The translations under genes were made by a program, and so were the position numbers. DNA of 63,948 bases, filler included, from Myxococcota bacterium (GTDB lineage: Bacteria > Myxococcota > Myxococcia > Myxococcales > Myxococcaceae): assembly GCA_049322255.1 (NCBI GenBank). It is 3 parts of 3 records of this genome, joined end to end, with 100 filler letters (N's around TTAATTAATTAA, not from the genome) between each part and the next. Parts side by side here need not be neighbours in the genome. Positions count along the whole stretch, not along the records: positions 1 to 22,939 come from JBMORE010000066.1; 2 more parts are not named here. One strand, 5' to 3'. Shown one piece after another: positions 1-9,473 of this stretch (its first letter is position 1; the number at the start of each line of letters is the position of its first letter). The notes under the pieces are model-generated. The model saw nothing but the letters and a program-made list of their open reading frames with translations, made no database searches and was not told where the DNA came from.

Positions 1-56
1 GCGATTTTCAGGGCCGGCTCTTTGCCGTCGGCGTAACCACTCGCATCGACTTACCG

Positions 57-1196
57 GTGCCGGTGCTGTCGCGGTGCAGCCCGCCCGACGAGGTGCCCGA
101 GCGAGTGGTCGTCACCCTTGTCGATGAAGACAACGCGGCGGTGCCTTTCGAGGTCCGTACGGTAGAGGGCACGAGCGCCAGCGAGCAGGTGTCCCTGAGC
201 GAGAAGGATTCGACGGTCACCGTGGTCTTCACCCCGGTGAAGAGCGGGGCGTATCACCTCGTGGTTCGGTTCCACCCGGACGTTGCGCTGTCGCAAGTCT
301 CGGTGGTGGTCCTCGACGCCTTGGACGCGGGCCTACCCGTCGCCAGCCTGCCCTTCGACTGTAACGACGTACGCTCTTGGGTCGGACACGGCTACGTATG
401 CGACAGCCGGCTCATAGCGGCCGATGGCGGTTTCTCCCAGACGCTACCTCCCGGGCAGTACTTGGCGGAGGGCGATGTCGCCTGGGAGGTGCCCCTCGGT
501 CCTCAGTCGGGAGCACTTTGGATACGCGATGGGGGCTACTTTCAACGGTTCAAGGACTTCTTGCTCAAGTCTGGTGACGCCACCAGCGCCAGCGTTTTCG
601 AGGGCAACCTGTACGTGAACGAGCGTGACACAGGCGTCTATCGGTACTTCGTCGACGGAGGCGAGGTGGTTGCCCAGTGGCTCGCCGCGGGCGGCATCTC
701 GTCAGGGGTTGTGGGACCCTTCGATGGAATCCTCTACCAGATCGAAGACCACATGGCCCTGGCCCTCCTCTCGATGACCGCATGCCCACTGGCGATCGAC
801 GGAGGTACGGGCACGGGGCCTTGCAGCAAATTGAACGGCGAATTCTTTGCGCAAAGCGGCAAGGTGCTCTGGGTCACGGACAGAGCTGATTTACGGGCCT
901 ACGCTTTGGAAGATGGGGGCTGGGCCGACAAGAAGGCCGTACCTTTGGGAATGCTGTGGAACGACCGCGTCTTTCGGCGCCCCTCTTTCCCGCGGTTTTC
1001 AGAGCCAGCATGGGAGCTGTCGCGCAGGCAGGTGGTCTGGGCGACGCTCCGGGAGGGAACGCCGCGGCTGTTCCGGTACGAGGTCGGTTCCAACCAGATC
1101 TTTGGTGGAGCAGCAGACGGCCTGTTTTGGTTGCGCCCCTCGACCTGCACGACCGACGGCGGGTGCGTCACCCAGGTGTACTCGGTGGGGCCTTGA
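57..1196 (+). CDS. Hypothetical protein, probably 5'-truncated by the window edge (Ig-like N-terminal part, beta-rich C-terminal part)
   Basis: 379-aa ORF whose stop lies just before the era ATG; beta-strand-rich with several Cys; no recognisable catalytic motif. Confidence 0.6.
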   Translation: MPVLSRCSPPDEVPERVVVTLVDEDNAAVPFEVRTVEGTSASEQVSLSEKDSTVTVVFTPVKSGAYHLVVRFHPDVALSQVSVVVLDALDAGLPVASLPFDCNDVRSWVGHGYVCDSRLIAADGGFSQTLPPGQYLAEGDVAWEVPLGPQSGALWIRDGGYFQRFKDFLLKSGDATSASVFEGNLYVNERDTGVYRYFVDGGEVVAQWLAAGGISSGVVGPFDGILYQIEDHMALALLSMTACPLAIDGGTGTGPCSKLNGEFFAQSGKVLWVTDRADLRAYALEDGGWADKKAVPLGMLWNDRVFRRPSFPRFSEPAWELSRRQVVWATLREGTPRLFRYEVGSNQIFGGAADGLFWLRPSTCTTDGGCVTQVYSVGP

Positions 1197-1197
1197 A

Positions 1198-2163
1198 ATG
1201 GTGGCGACCCCCACCAAGACCCGCAGCGGCTTCGCCGCGCTGATCGGCCGCCCCAACGTGGGCAAGAGCACGCTGCTCAACCGCCTGACGGGAGAGAAGC
1301 TGGCCATCGTCTCTCCCAAGCCGCAGACGACGCGCAACCGCATCTTGGGGGTCGTCACGCGGGAGGAAGGGCAAGTGGCCTTCCTCGACACTCCGGGCAT
1401 TCACCAAGCCAAGGGGCAGCTCAACCGCTACATGGTCGACATCGCGCTGCGCGCCGCCGAGGAGGTGGACCTGGTCGTCTTCCTCATCGACGTTCCCGAG
1501 GGAGAGGGAGAGTCGAAGCCCGACATCGGCTCCGGCAACCGCTTCATCCTCGAGCGGCTCAAGGCGCTGGGGAAACCCACTCTTCTGGTCATCAACAAAA
1601 TCGACCAAGTGGCCAAGCGGCGACTCTTGCCGCTCATCGAGCTCTACCGTCACGAGTACTCCTTCGCCGAGGTCATGCCCATCTCCGCGCTCACCGGGGA
1701 GGGGGTGGACTCGTTGCTCGCCCTGGTGCTCTCCCACCTGCCTGAGGGGCCCCCATTGTTCGACGCCGACGTGCTCACCGACCAGGCGGAGCGCGCGCTG
1801 GTGGCCGAGTACGTGCGCGAGCAGGTGCTTCGTCACTGCCGCCAGGAAATTCCTTACTCGACGGCGGTGGTGGTGGAGGTGTTCGACGAATCTGAACGCG
1901 AGCCCGAGCCGGGCAAGCAGCCTTCGCCACAAGGTCTGGCCGGGCTGGTGCGTATCGACGCGTCGATCTACGTCGAACGGGAGAGCCAAAAGGCGATCGT
2001 CATCGGCAAGCGGGGTCAAATGCTCAAGAGGATTGGCACCGACGCGCGCAAGGCGATCGAGCGGCTGTTGGGCACGCACGTGTACTTGTCGTTACGTGTG
2101 CGCGTCGAGCCGCGCTGGAGCGAACGTGCCGAGGCGCTCAAGAAGATGGGCTACGTGGAATGA
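1198..2163 (+). CDS. era: GTPase Era
   Basis: G1 GRPNVGKST, G2 PQTTR, G3 DTPG, G4 NKID, KH domain with VIGKRG; ATG at 1198 chosen inside ORF 847..2163. Confidence 0.97.
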   Translation: MVATPTKTRSGFAALIGRPNVGKSTLLNRLTGEKLAIVSPKPQTTRNRILGVVTREEGQVAFLDTPGIHQAKGQLNRYMVDIALRAAEEVDLVVFLIDVPEGEGESKPDIGSGNRFILERLKALGKPTLLVINKIDQVAKRRLLPLIELYRHEYSFAEVMPISALTGEGVDSLLALVLSHLPEGPPLFDADVLTDQAERALVAEYVREQVLRHCRQEIPYSTAVVVEVFDESEREPEPGKQPSPQGLAGLVRIDASIYVERESQKAIVIGKRGQMLKRIGTDARKAIERLLGTHVYLSLRVRVEPRWSERAEALKKMGYVE

Positions 2164-3536
2164 AACCGGTGGTGGCCATCGTCGGCCGGCCCAACGTGGG
2201 CAAGTCGACCCTGTTCAACCGCCTCGCGCGGCGCCGATTGGCGCTCGTGGAGGACACCCCGGGAGTGACCCGCGACCGCCACTACACCGAGGCGGAGTGG
2301 GGAGATCGTGCCTTCACCCTCGTCGACACCGGTGGCTTCGTGCCCGACGAGAAGGAGGTTCTCCAGAAGGAGGTACGGCAGCAGGCTCAAGCCGCCGTGG
2401 AGGAGGCAAACGTCATCCTCTTCGTGGTCGACGCGCGCGCGGGGCTGACCGCCGCCGACCAGGAGGTGGGCGCCTACCTGCGCAAGAGTGGCAAGCCCGT
2501 GGTGCTGGTGGTGAACAAGGTCGACGACGCCCGTCTCGAGGCGGCCGCCGCGGAGTTCTACCGTCTGGGAGCGCCAGCGCTGGTCGACGTCTCTGCCGAG
2601 CACGGCCGCAATGTCGAGGAGCTGGCCGAACGTATTCTCGATGCGCTGCCGCCGAAGACCGAAGCCGAAGAGGTCGCTCCCCAAGACGGTGCGGTGCGCG
2701 TCGCCGTCGTCGGCCGGCCCAACGTGGGCAAGAGCACGCTGGTGAATGCGCTCCTCAGGGAAGACCGGCTCATCACCAGCGGTGTAGCGGGCACGACGCG
2801 CGACGCGATCGACAGCGCGCTTTCCTTCGGCGGGCGCCGCTTCGTGCTCACCGATACCGCGGGCATTCGCCGCAAGGCGACGATCAGTCAGCGCATCGAG
2901 CAGTTCGCGGTCCTAGGCGCGCTCAAGGCGATCGAACGCTCCGACGTGGCGGTGCTCTTGATGGACGCCACCGAGCCCGCCGTGGACCAAGATGCGCGAA
3001 TCGCCGGCATCGCCGAGGAGAAGGGCCGCCCGCTGGTGGTGGTGGTCAACAAGTGGGACCTGGTGAAGGACAAGGTGAAGGCGGAGGAGCTGCGCGACGA
3101 GCTCAAGCACAAGCTCAAGTTCATCTCCTACGCGCCGATTCTTTTCACCTCGGCGCTCACCGGGGCCAAGGTGGACAAGGTGCTCTCGGTGGCCGCCCAG
3201 CTCGCAGATCAGGCGCAATACCGGGCTCCGACGCCGCAGCTCAACAAGCTGCTCGCCCACGTCACCGCGGAGCACCCCGCGCCTTTCGCCCACGGAAAGC
3301 CGTTGCGGCTGTACTACGTGGCCCAGGTCGCCGCGGCCCCGCCGACGTTCGCCTTCACCTGCAACCGGCCACAGCTGATTCCCGACCGGTACAAGCGTTA
3401 TTTGGTCAACCAGCTACGGGCGACCTTCGATTTGCACGTGCCCATTCGGCTGCTCTTCCGCGAGCGCCCGGGCAAGGCCAAGCGCGAAGCGAAGGTCGCT
3501 CGAATGAAGGGCCGTGCCCGCGGGCGCAAGCAATAA
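2160..3536 (+). CDS. der: Ribosome biogenesis GTPase Der (EngA)
   Basis: Two tandem G domains (GRPNVGKS twice, DTGG/DTAG, NKVD/NKWD) plus a KH-like C-terminus; ATGA overlap with era. Confidence 0.97.
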   Translation: MKPVVAIVGRPNVGKSTLFNRLARRRLALVEDTPGVTRDRHYTEAEWGDRAFTLVDTGGFVPDEKEVLQKEVRQQAQAAVEEANVILFVVDARAGLTAADQEVGAYLRKSGKPVVLVVNKVDDARLEAAAAEFYRLGAPALVDVSAEHGRNVEELAERILDALPPKTEAEEVAPQDGAVRVAVVGRPNVGKSTLVNALLREDRLITSGVAGTTRDAIDSALSFGGRRFVLTDTAGIRRKATISQRIEQFAVLGALKAIERSDVAVLLMDATEPAVDQDARIAGIAEEKGRPLVVVVNKWDLVKDKVKAEELRDELKHKLKFISYAPILFTSALTGAKVDKVLSVAAQLADQAQYRAPTPQLNKLLAHVTAEHPAPFAHGKPLRLYYVAQVAAAPPTFAFTCNRPQLIPDRYKRYLVNQLRATFDLHVPIRLLFRERPGKAKREAKVARMKGRARGRKQ

Positions 3537-3543
3537 CCTCTGA

Positions 3544-3572
3544 TTGACACCCCTTGGGCCGATCCCTACATT
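3544..3572 (+). promoter_or_regulatory. Sigma70-type promoter internal to the era-der-yfgM cluster
   Basis: TTGACA (3544-3549), 17-bp spacer, TACATT (3567-3572), immediately after the der stop. Confidence 0.65.
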
Positions 3573-3582
3573 CCGCCGCCCT

Positions 3583-4359
3583 GTGTCCGAGAAGCTGACG
3601 AGAAAAGAGCTCAAGCAGCCCGACGCCTTTCAGAAGGCGGGAGGTGAGGCGGGCGCTTGGTTGGTGCAGCACCAGAAGGCGGCGGTGCTCTTGGTGGTGG
3701 CGCTCCTTCTCGGTGGAGCGGGCGTTGCCCTGGCCAACTATTTTTCAGGGCGCGGCGAGGCCAAGGCCTCGAAGGAACTGGGGGCCCACCTCTCCCTTCT
3801 TGGCCGGCCGGTGGAAGGGCAGGGGGCGGTCGAGCCCGGCTCGGAGCCTCCTTTCAAGACCGCCCAAGAGAAGGACGAAGCGATCATCCAGGCGCTCACC
3901 GGGTTTCGCGCCAGCCACGCGGAAACGAAGGCTGCCTCCATCGCGGCTTTGACCTTGGGACAAGCGCTCTTGCGGCAGGAAAAGCCGGACGAAGCGATCG
4001 CTGCTTTCCACGCATATCTGAAGGGTGCGACGATGGGCGACCCCCTGCGCGCTGCCGCGCTCGAGGGCAGGGGATACGCCTTGGAGCTCAAAGGCCAGCT
4101 CGATGAGGCGTTGGCGGCGTTCGATCAAATGGCGCGAGAGAACCGCGCCGACTTCCTCCAAGGCATGGGCCTCTATCACCGCGCGCGCATTCTCGTGGCT
4201 CAGGGGAAGAAGGACGAGGCCGCCAAGCAGCTCTCTGAAATTCCCGCGGTCGCACCAAACTCGTCCGCCGCTCGCCTGGCCACCGATCGTATGGCGTTGC
4301 TCGCTGCGGAAGGGGTGAAGGTACCTCCGCCCCAGGCTCCCGCGGCGGACGCGGGGTAG
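3583..4359 (+). CDS. YfgM-like membrane-anchored TPR protein
   Basis: N-terminal RKELKQPDAFQ motif, one TM helix, TPR-like helices; next to der and a bamB-like gene; GTG start at 3583. Confidence 0.8.
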   Translation: MSEKLTRKELKQPDAFQKAGGEAGAWLVQHQKAAVLLVVALLLGGAGVALANYFSGRGEAKASKELGAHLSLLGRPVEGQGAVEPGSEPPFKTAQEKDEAIIQALTGFRASHAETKAASIAALTLGQALLRQEKPDEAIAAFHAYLKGATMGDPLRAAALEGRGYALELKGQLDEALAAFDQMARENRADFLQGMGLYHRARILVAQGKKDEAAKQLSEIPAVAPNSSAARLATDRMALLAAEGVKVPPPQAPAADAG

Positions 4360-4366
4360 CGACGCC

Positions 4367-5518
4367 ATGCCGGCCCGAAGCTCGCTGGCGCTGGCGTACC
4401 TCGCCTTGGTGGCTGCGGGCTGCCACACCGTTTCCTTTGCCAACGACCCCTTCGCTCCCGGTGGGGCCAAAAGCTCGCTGCTCGAGCTCTACGACATCGA
4501 GTGGTGGACTTCTCTCGCCCCCGCGCGGTTGTGGGAATTCGCTCCACGCGAGCTGGCCAGCCCTGCAGTAGACCCGGACACGCATCGGGTCATCGTCGCC
4601 ACCCGCGACGGCATGGTGCGCGCGCTCTCTGCGGTGGACGGAACGGTGCAGTGGGCCTTCTCCACCCGAGGGCCGTTCAACGCGGGGCCGCGTATTCACG
4701 AAGGGATTGCCTACCTCCCCGGGGCTGATGGCACGCTGTACGCGATCGACGTGCGCACCGGAGGGTTGAAGTGGCGCTACGACGCTGGCGAGGAGCTGGC
4801 GACGACGCCGGTGGTGACGTCGGGCAAGGTCCTCGTCGCCTCCCAGGCCGATACGCTGTACGCGGTGGATGCCAAGACCGGCCAGTGGTCGTGGCAGTAC
4901 CGACGGGATACTCCCGGTGGCTTCACGGTTCGTGGCGCGGCGGCGCCCAAGATCGACATGGGCGTGGCATACATCGGTTTCTCCGATGGCTACGTCGTTG
5001 CCCTCGCGGTGGCCGATGGGGCCGAGAAGTGGGAGCGGGCGCTCGGTCGTCCGGGTGGGCAATTCATCGACGTCGACACCACCCCGGTGCTCGACGACTC
5101 AGGGCGGCTGTACGTCGCTTCGTACGATGCCGGCATCTTCGCTCTCGACTCCCAGACTGGGCAGGTCGAATGGACGGCCGCCAAGCAGGGGGTGACCAGC
5201 CTTCTGCCGGCTGGCGACGTGCTCTTCACCGCGGGGAATTCACAGGTAGGAGCGGTGCTCGCCGAGAACGGTCGCCCGCTGTGGGCGTATGACCTCGCGG
5301 GGCGTTTCGCCCAAGAGCCACTCTTTGCCCGGGGCATGCTCATCGTTCCGGTGAACGAGGCGTTGCTCTTCCTCGACCCGACGACCGGTCAGCCGCAGAC
5401 CGCCTTCGACCCTGGACCAGGCGTCTCCGCTACCCCGACGCGTGAGGCGCCCAGGTTGTACGTCTTGTCCAACCTGGGCACCGTCTACGCGATGCGCCTG
5501 CACGGGAGCGGCGGGTGA
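4367..5518 (+). CDS. BamB-like PQQ-type beta-propeller lipoprotein
   Basis: Lipobox AAGC; repeated GxLYA(I/V)DxxTGxxxW propeller motifs; yfgM/der context. Confidence 0.85.
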   Translation: MPARSSLALAYLALVAAGCHTVSFANDPFAPGGAKSSLLELYDIEWWTSLAPARLWEFAPRELASPAVDPDTHRVIVATRDGMVRALSAVDGTVQWAFSTRGPFNAGPRIHEGIAYLPGADGTLYAIDVRTGGLKWRYDAGEELATTPVVTSGKVLVASQADTLYAVDAKTGQWSWQYRRDTPGGFTVRGAAAPKIDMGVAYIGFSDGYVVALAVADGAEKWERALGRPGGQFIDVDTTPVLDDSGRLYVASYDAGIFALDSQTGQVEWTAAKQGVTSLLPAGDVLFTAGNSQVGAVLAENGRPLWAYDLAGRFAQEPLFARGMLIVPVNEALLFLDPTTGQPQTAFDPGPGVSATPTREAPRLYVLSNLGTVYAMRLHGSGG

Positions 5519-5913
5519 GAGCGATTCGCGTGGTTGCGGCGCTCATCGCCCACCCCGAAGATCGCTCGCGTTTCCTCGTGCAGCAACGGCTTGCGAACGT
5601 GAGCCGGCCGCTCTTGTGGGAGTTCCCCGGAGGTAAGGTCGAGCCAGGAGAGTCTGACCAGCAGGCGCTGGCGCGCGAGGGCCGGGAGGAGCTCGCGGTC
5701 GAGCTCGACGTGGGCGAGCGGGTGTGGAGCACCGTGCACGCGTACGAAGACCTCACCGTGGAGCTGGTGCTCTACCGTGCGTGCATCGCCTCCGGCGCTC
5801 TCCAGCGCCTGCACGCCAACGATCTGGCCTTCCTGACGCCGAAGGAAATGAAGGCGAAGCCGTTCTGCGAGGCTGACTTGCCGCTGCTCGACTTTCTTTC
5901 GAAACATGCTTGA
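5515..5913 (+). CDS. NUDIX hydrolase, MutT-like
   Basis: Nudix box WEFPGGKVEPGESDQQALAREGREEL. Confidence 0.9.
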   Translation: MRAIRVVAALIAHPEDRSRFLVQQRLANVSRPLLWEFPGGKVEPGESDQQALAREGREELAVELDVGERVWSTVHAYEDLTVELVLYRACIASGALQRLHANDLAFLTPKEMKAKPFCEADLPLLDFLSKHA

Positions 5914-6721
5914 GCGGACGTTTCAGCTCATCCCCGGGGTAGGCCCTTGGCGGGAGAAGGACCTATGGGCCAGGGGCATCGCGCGGTGGGATGACTTTCC
6001 CGGGCCGGACGGTATTGGCATCTCCGCGCGAGTGGATGACGCGGCACGTGGGCGGCTGTTGGAGGCGCGTCAAGCGCTGGCTGCGAAGGACCTGGGCGCG
6101 CTGGCAGCAATGCTTCCTGCGCGCGAGCACTGGCGGCTGTACCCGCACTTTGCCTCCGAGGCGGTCTTCTTGGACATCGAGGCCGACGGCCCTCCGGGTC
6201 GACAAACCCCGACGGTGGTGGGGCTGCTCGACGATGACGGCCCGCGCACCTTCATCGCGGACAGAAACCTCGACGAGCTGCCCGCGGCACTTCGACGGCG
6301 GCGAATCTGGGTCACCTTCAACGGCTCGTGCCATGACCTACCGGTGCTACAGGCCTGGTTCGAAGACTTTCCAAGGCCGGTGGTGCACATCGACTTGCGG
6401 CACCTGTGCCGGAAAGTGCGGCTTCACGGCGGGCTCAAGGACATCGAGGACCGAGTGGGCTTGGCGAGGCCTCCACATCTGCGCGGCGTCAACGGTTGGG
6501 ACGCGATCGTGCTGTGGCGGGCCTGGAAGGAGACGAGGGACAAAGGCGCCTTGCGCTTCCTCGTCGAGTACAACCTCTACGATGCCATCAACCTCAAGTC
6601 GCTCATCGCCATTGCGTACAACCGTGCCGCCGAAGGGCTGCACTGCGACGAAACACGGGTGGAAGTGTTCGACCGCGGCGAGGTGCTCTACGACATCAGC
6701 CGCCTGGTGCTCGCGCTTTAG
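5906..6721 (+). CDS. RNase H-like (YprB/RNase_H_2) exonuclease with N-terminal helix-hairpin-helix
   Basis: IPGVG HhH, FLDIEA, TFNGSCHDLP, GGLKDIE and YNLYD motifs. Confidence 0.85.
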   Translation: MLERTFQLIPGVGPWREKDLWARGIARWDDFPGPDGIGISARVDDAARGRLLEARQALAAKDLGALAAMLPAREHWRLYPHFASEAVFLDIEADGPPGRQTPTVVGLLDDDGPRTFIADRNLDELPAALRRRRIWVTFNGSCHDLPVLQAWFEDFPRPVVHIDLRHLCRKVRLHGGLKDIEDRVGLARPPHLRGVNGWDAIVLWRAWKETRDKGALRFLVEYNLYDAINLKSLIAIAYNRAAEGLHCDETRVEVFDRGEVLYDISRLVLAL

Positions 6722-7233
6722 CGTTTCTTTTTCTTCTTGGGGCGCTTCGCTTTTTTGGGCGACAGCTTTTCTTTCTCGCCGCTGATTTGAAATTCGAGCC
6801 TCACGTCGGGGTGTGAGTTGCCCTGGGAGTCGACCATCTGAGCGCCGGTTTGGGCATCGAGCACCACCGAATAGCGGTGGCCGGTTTTCAAAGGCTCGGG
6901 GAAAGAGATTCGATAGTCGAGCCTGTCGGGTCGCTCCTCGGCCAGATCGTCAGAGACCATCGCCCGGGCGACCTCGTCGAAGACTCGCACCCGATAGTTG
7001 CGCAGCGCGAGGTTGGTGCTCAAGGAAAGCTGGGTGGCCGGCTCAATCCGGGGCTGGTCTTCGGAGAAAGCGACCTCGGTCATGCCACCATCGGCGTGCA
7101 TCGCAGTCAGGCGCACCTCGAGGGGAAGCGGCTTGGGCGCTCCGGCGTCGACCACCTGCGCCACACCGGCGTCATGCGGCGGCTCCACCGGCGGGCGGCA
7201 GCTTGCCCCCAGGGCGAGTCCGATAATCGGCAT
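6718..7233 (-). CDS. Hypothetical lipoprotein with basic C-terminal tail
   Basis: MPIIGLALGASC lipobox-like start, Ig-like beta-rich body, KKAKRPKKKKKR tail; start codon lies inside the dif-like site. Confidence 0.7.
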   Translation of the reverse strand: MPIIGLALGASCRPPVEPPHDAGVAQVVDAGAPKPLPLEVRLTAMHADGGMTEVAFSEDQPRIEPATQLSLSTNLALRNYRVRVFDEVARAMVSDDLAEERPDRLDYRISFPEPLKTGHRYSVVLDAQTGAQMVDSQGNSHPDVRLEFQISGEKEKLSPKKAKRPKKKKKR

Positions 7234-7243
7234 TATGTAAACT
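7216..7243 (+). other. dif-like XerC/XerD recombination site (probable chromosome dimer resolution site)
   Basis: GAGTCCGATAA-TCGGCA-TTATGTAAACT: 11-6-11 architecture with inner ATAA/TTAT symmetry and an XerD arm close to TTATGTTAAAT; AT-rich patch in GC-rich DNA. Confidence 0.8.
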
Positions 7244-7341
7244 AGTCGAATTGCTTGCTGAGGCGTCCATGGGCGCGGGTTGTCCTTGACCGTCAGTGCC
7301 TGGGCGCGCACAACGGCGACCCTACTTCGAAAGGACGCGAC

Positions 7342-9420
7342 ATGTCCCGCCTGCTGCTTCTTGTTCTCGTCGTCTCCGCTCCTGCGTTCGCCGACGAAGG
7401 CATGTGGCTGTTCAATGACTTCCCTTCGCAGAAGGTCAAGGAGCGCTACGGCTTTTCGCCTTCGCAGCCATGGTTGGACCATCTACGCCTCTCCTCCGCC
7501 CGACTGGCGCGCGGGTGCTCGGCCAGCTTCGTTTCGCCACAGGGTCTGGTGCTGACCAACCACCACTGCGTCAGCTCCTGTGTCGAGCAGCTCTCCACGG
7601 CGAAAAAAGACCTGCTCCAGGCTGGGTTCTTCGCCAAAGAGCTCTCCAGCGAGCTGCGCTGCCCGGCGGCCGAGGTGAACCAGTTGGTGGACATCTCCGA
7701 CGTCACCGGGAAAGTTCACGCGGCGACCCAGGGGTTGGCGGACGCCAAGTTCACCGAGGCTGAAAAGGCGGTCATCGCGACCTTGGAAAAGGAATGCGCC
7801 ACGTCGGATGAGCTGCGCTGCGACGTGGTCAACCTCTACCGCGGCGGCAAGTACCACCTCTACAAGTACCGCCGCTTCCAGGACGTGCGGCTGGTGTTCG
7901 CGCCCGAGATGGCGATCGCCTTTTTCGGCGGCGACCCCGACAACTTCAACTTCCCTCGCTATGACGGCGATTTCGCCTTCTTACGCATCTACGAGAACGG
8001 CAAGCCGGCGAGGATCGAGCACTACCTGAAATGGTCCAGCCAGGGCGCGCAGCCGGGTGAGGTGGCGTTCGTCTCCGGTCACCCCGGAGGTACCAACCGG
8101 CTCCTCACCGTGGCCCAGCTGGAGTGGGAGCGCGACGTCGTCTTCCCCCAGACGCTCACCTACCTCGCCGAGCTGCGCGGCTACCTCACCCAGTTCCAGA
8201 CCAAGAGCCCCGAGCACCGGCGCATCTCGAGCACCACCCTCTTCTACATCGAGAACGGGTACAAGGCGCGCCGGGGCCGGCACCAGGCCCTCTTGGACAA
8301 GCAGTTCTTCGCCTCCAAGGCGGAGGCGGAGAAGGCGCTGCGAGCCAAAGTCTCCGCCGACCCGCAGCTGCAAAAGGCCTACGGAAGTGCGTGGGAAGTC
8401 ACCGCCAGCGCCCTGCAGCGCTACCGCACCTTCCGCGACGAGCACCAGATGATCGAGGAGACGCGCGGGTTCTCCTCGCAACTGTTCGCCATCGCGCGCA
8501 CCCTGGTTCGAGCCTCGGCGGAGCTGCCCAAGCCCAACCCCGAGCGCCTCAAGGAATTCGCCGACGCGCGGCTGCCGGCGCTCAAGCAGCAGCTGTTCAG
8601 CCCAGCGCCAATCTACGACGAGCTGGAGATCGCCACCCTCACCTTTTCCCTCACCAAGCTGCGCGAGGCGCTCTCGCCCGACCACCCGGTGGTGAAGAAG
8701 GTCTTGGGCAAACAAACGCCGGCGGAGCTGGCCGCCGCCTGGGTCAAGGGCAGCAAGCTCAAGGACGTGAAGCTGCGGCGGGCGTTGTTCGAGGGAGGAG
8801 CCAAGGCGGTCGAGGCCTCGAAGGACCCGATGATTCTTCTGGCCAAGACGATCGACGCCGAGGGGCGAGCCCTGCGCCAACGCTTCGAGGCGGAGGTGGA
8901 AGGGCCGCTCAAGAAGGCAGGCGAGCAGATCGCCAAGGCTCGTTTCCACCTCTACGGCACCTCGACCTACCCCGACGCCACCTTCACCTTGCGCCTTTCG
9001 TACGGCCAGGTGACCGGCTGGAAGGAAAAAGACAAAGAAGTCCCTCCGCTCACCACACTCGCCGGTGCCTTCGAGCGGCACACCGGCAAGGAGCCCTTCG
9101 CCCTGCCCTCTAGCTGGTTAAAAGCACAGAAGACGCTCGACCTCGCCACCCCGATGAACTTCGTCACCACCAACGACATCATCGGGGGCAACTCGGGCTC
9201 CCCGGTGGTGAACAAGGAGGGCGAGCTGATTGGCTTGGTGTTCGACGGCAACATCCACTCGCTGGGAGGCGACTTTGGCTTCGAGGAGGCAAAAAACCGC
9301 GCGGTGTCGGTGCACTCGTCGCTCATCCTCGAGGCGCTGGAGAAGGTCTACGGCGCCAAGCGCCTCGTCGAGGAGCTGCGGCCGGTAGCTCTGGGGGCGG
9401 TGAAGTCGGGGACGAAGTGA
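7342..9420 (+). CDS. S46-family dipeptidyl peptidase (DPP7/DAP BII-like), exported
   Basis: Signal peptide followed by DEGMW, TNHHC (catalytic His), FGGDPDNF, PDATFTLRLSYG, DIIGGNSGSP (catalytic Ser), FDGN. Confidence 0.93.
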   Translation: MSRLLLLVLVVSAPAFADEGMWLFNDFPSQKVKERYGFSPSQPWLDHLRLSSARLARGCSASFVSPQGLVLTNHHCVSSCVEQLSTAKKDLLQAGFFAKELSSELRCPAAEVNQLVDISDVTGKVHAATQGLADAKFTEAEKAVIATLEKECATSDELRCDVVNLYRGGKYHLYKYRRFQDVRLVFAPEMAIAFFGGDPDNFNFPRYDGDFAFLRIYENGKPARIEHYLKWSSQGAQPGEVAFVSGHPGGTNRLLTVAQLEWERDVVFPQTLTYLAELRGYLTQFQTKSPEHRRISSTTLFYIENGYKARRGRHQALLDKQFFASKAEAEKALRAKVSADPQLQKAYGSAWEVTASALQRYRTFRDEHQMIEETRGFSSQLFAIARTLVRASAELPKPNPERLKEFADARLPALKQQLFSPAPIYDELEIATLTFSLTKLREALSPDHPVVKKVLGKQTPAELAAAWVKGSKLKDVKLRRALFEGGAKAVEASKDPMILLAKTIDAEGRALRQRFEAEVEGPLKKAGEQIAKARFHLYGTSTYPDATFTLRLSYGQVTGWKEKDKEVPPLTTLAGAFERHTGKEPFALPSSWLKAQKTLDLATPMNFVTTNDIIGGNSGSPVVNKEGELIGLVFDGNIHSLGGDFGFEEAKNRAVSVHSSLILEALEKVYGAKRLVEELRPVALGAVKSGTK

Positions 9421-9429
9421 CGGATGACT

Positions 9430-9472
9430 GCGGGTCCCTCACCCTTACCCTCTTCCACTGGGAGAGGGATGC
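9430..9472 (+). repeat. REP-like element between the convergent S46 and guaA genes
   Basis: GCGGGTCCCTCACCCTTACCCTCTTCCACTGGGAGAGGGATGC; 41/43 identical to the reverse complement of 58393-58435. Confidence 0.85.
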
Positions 9473-9473
9473 A

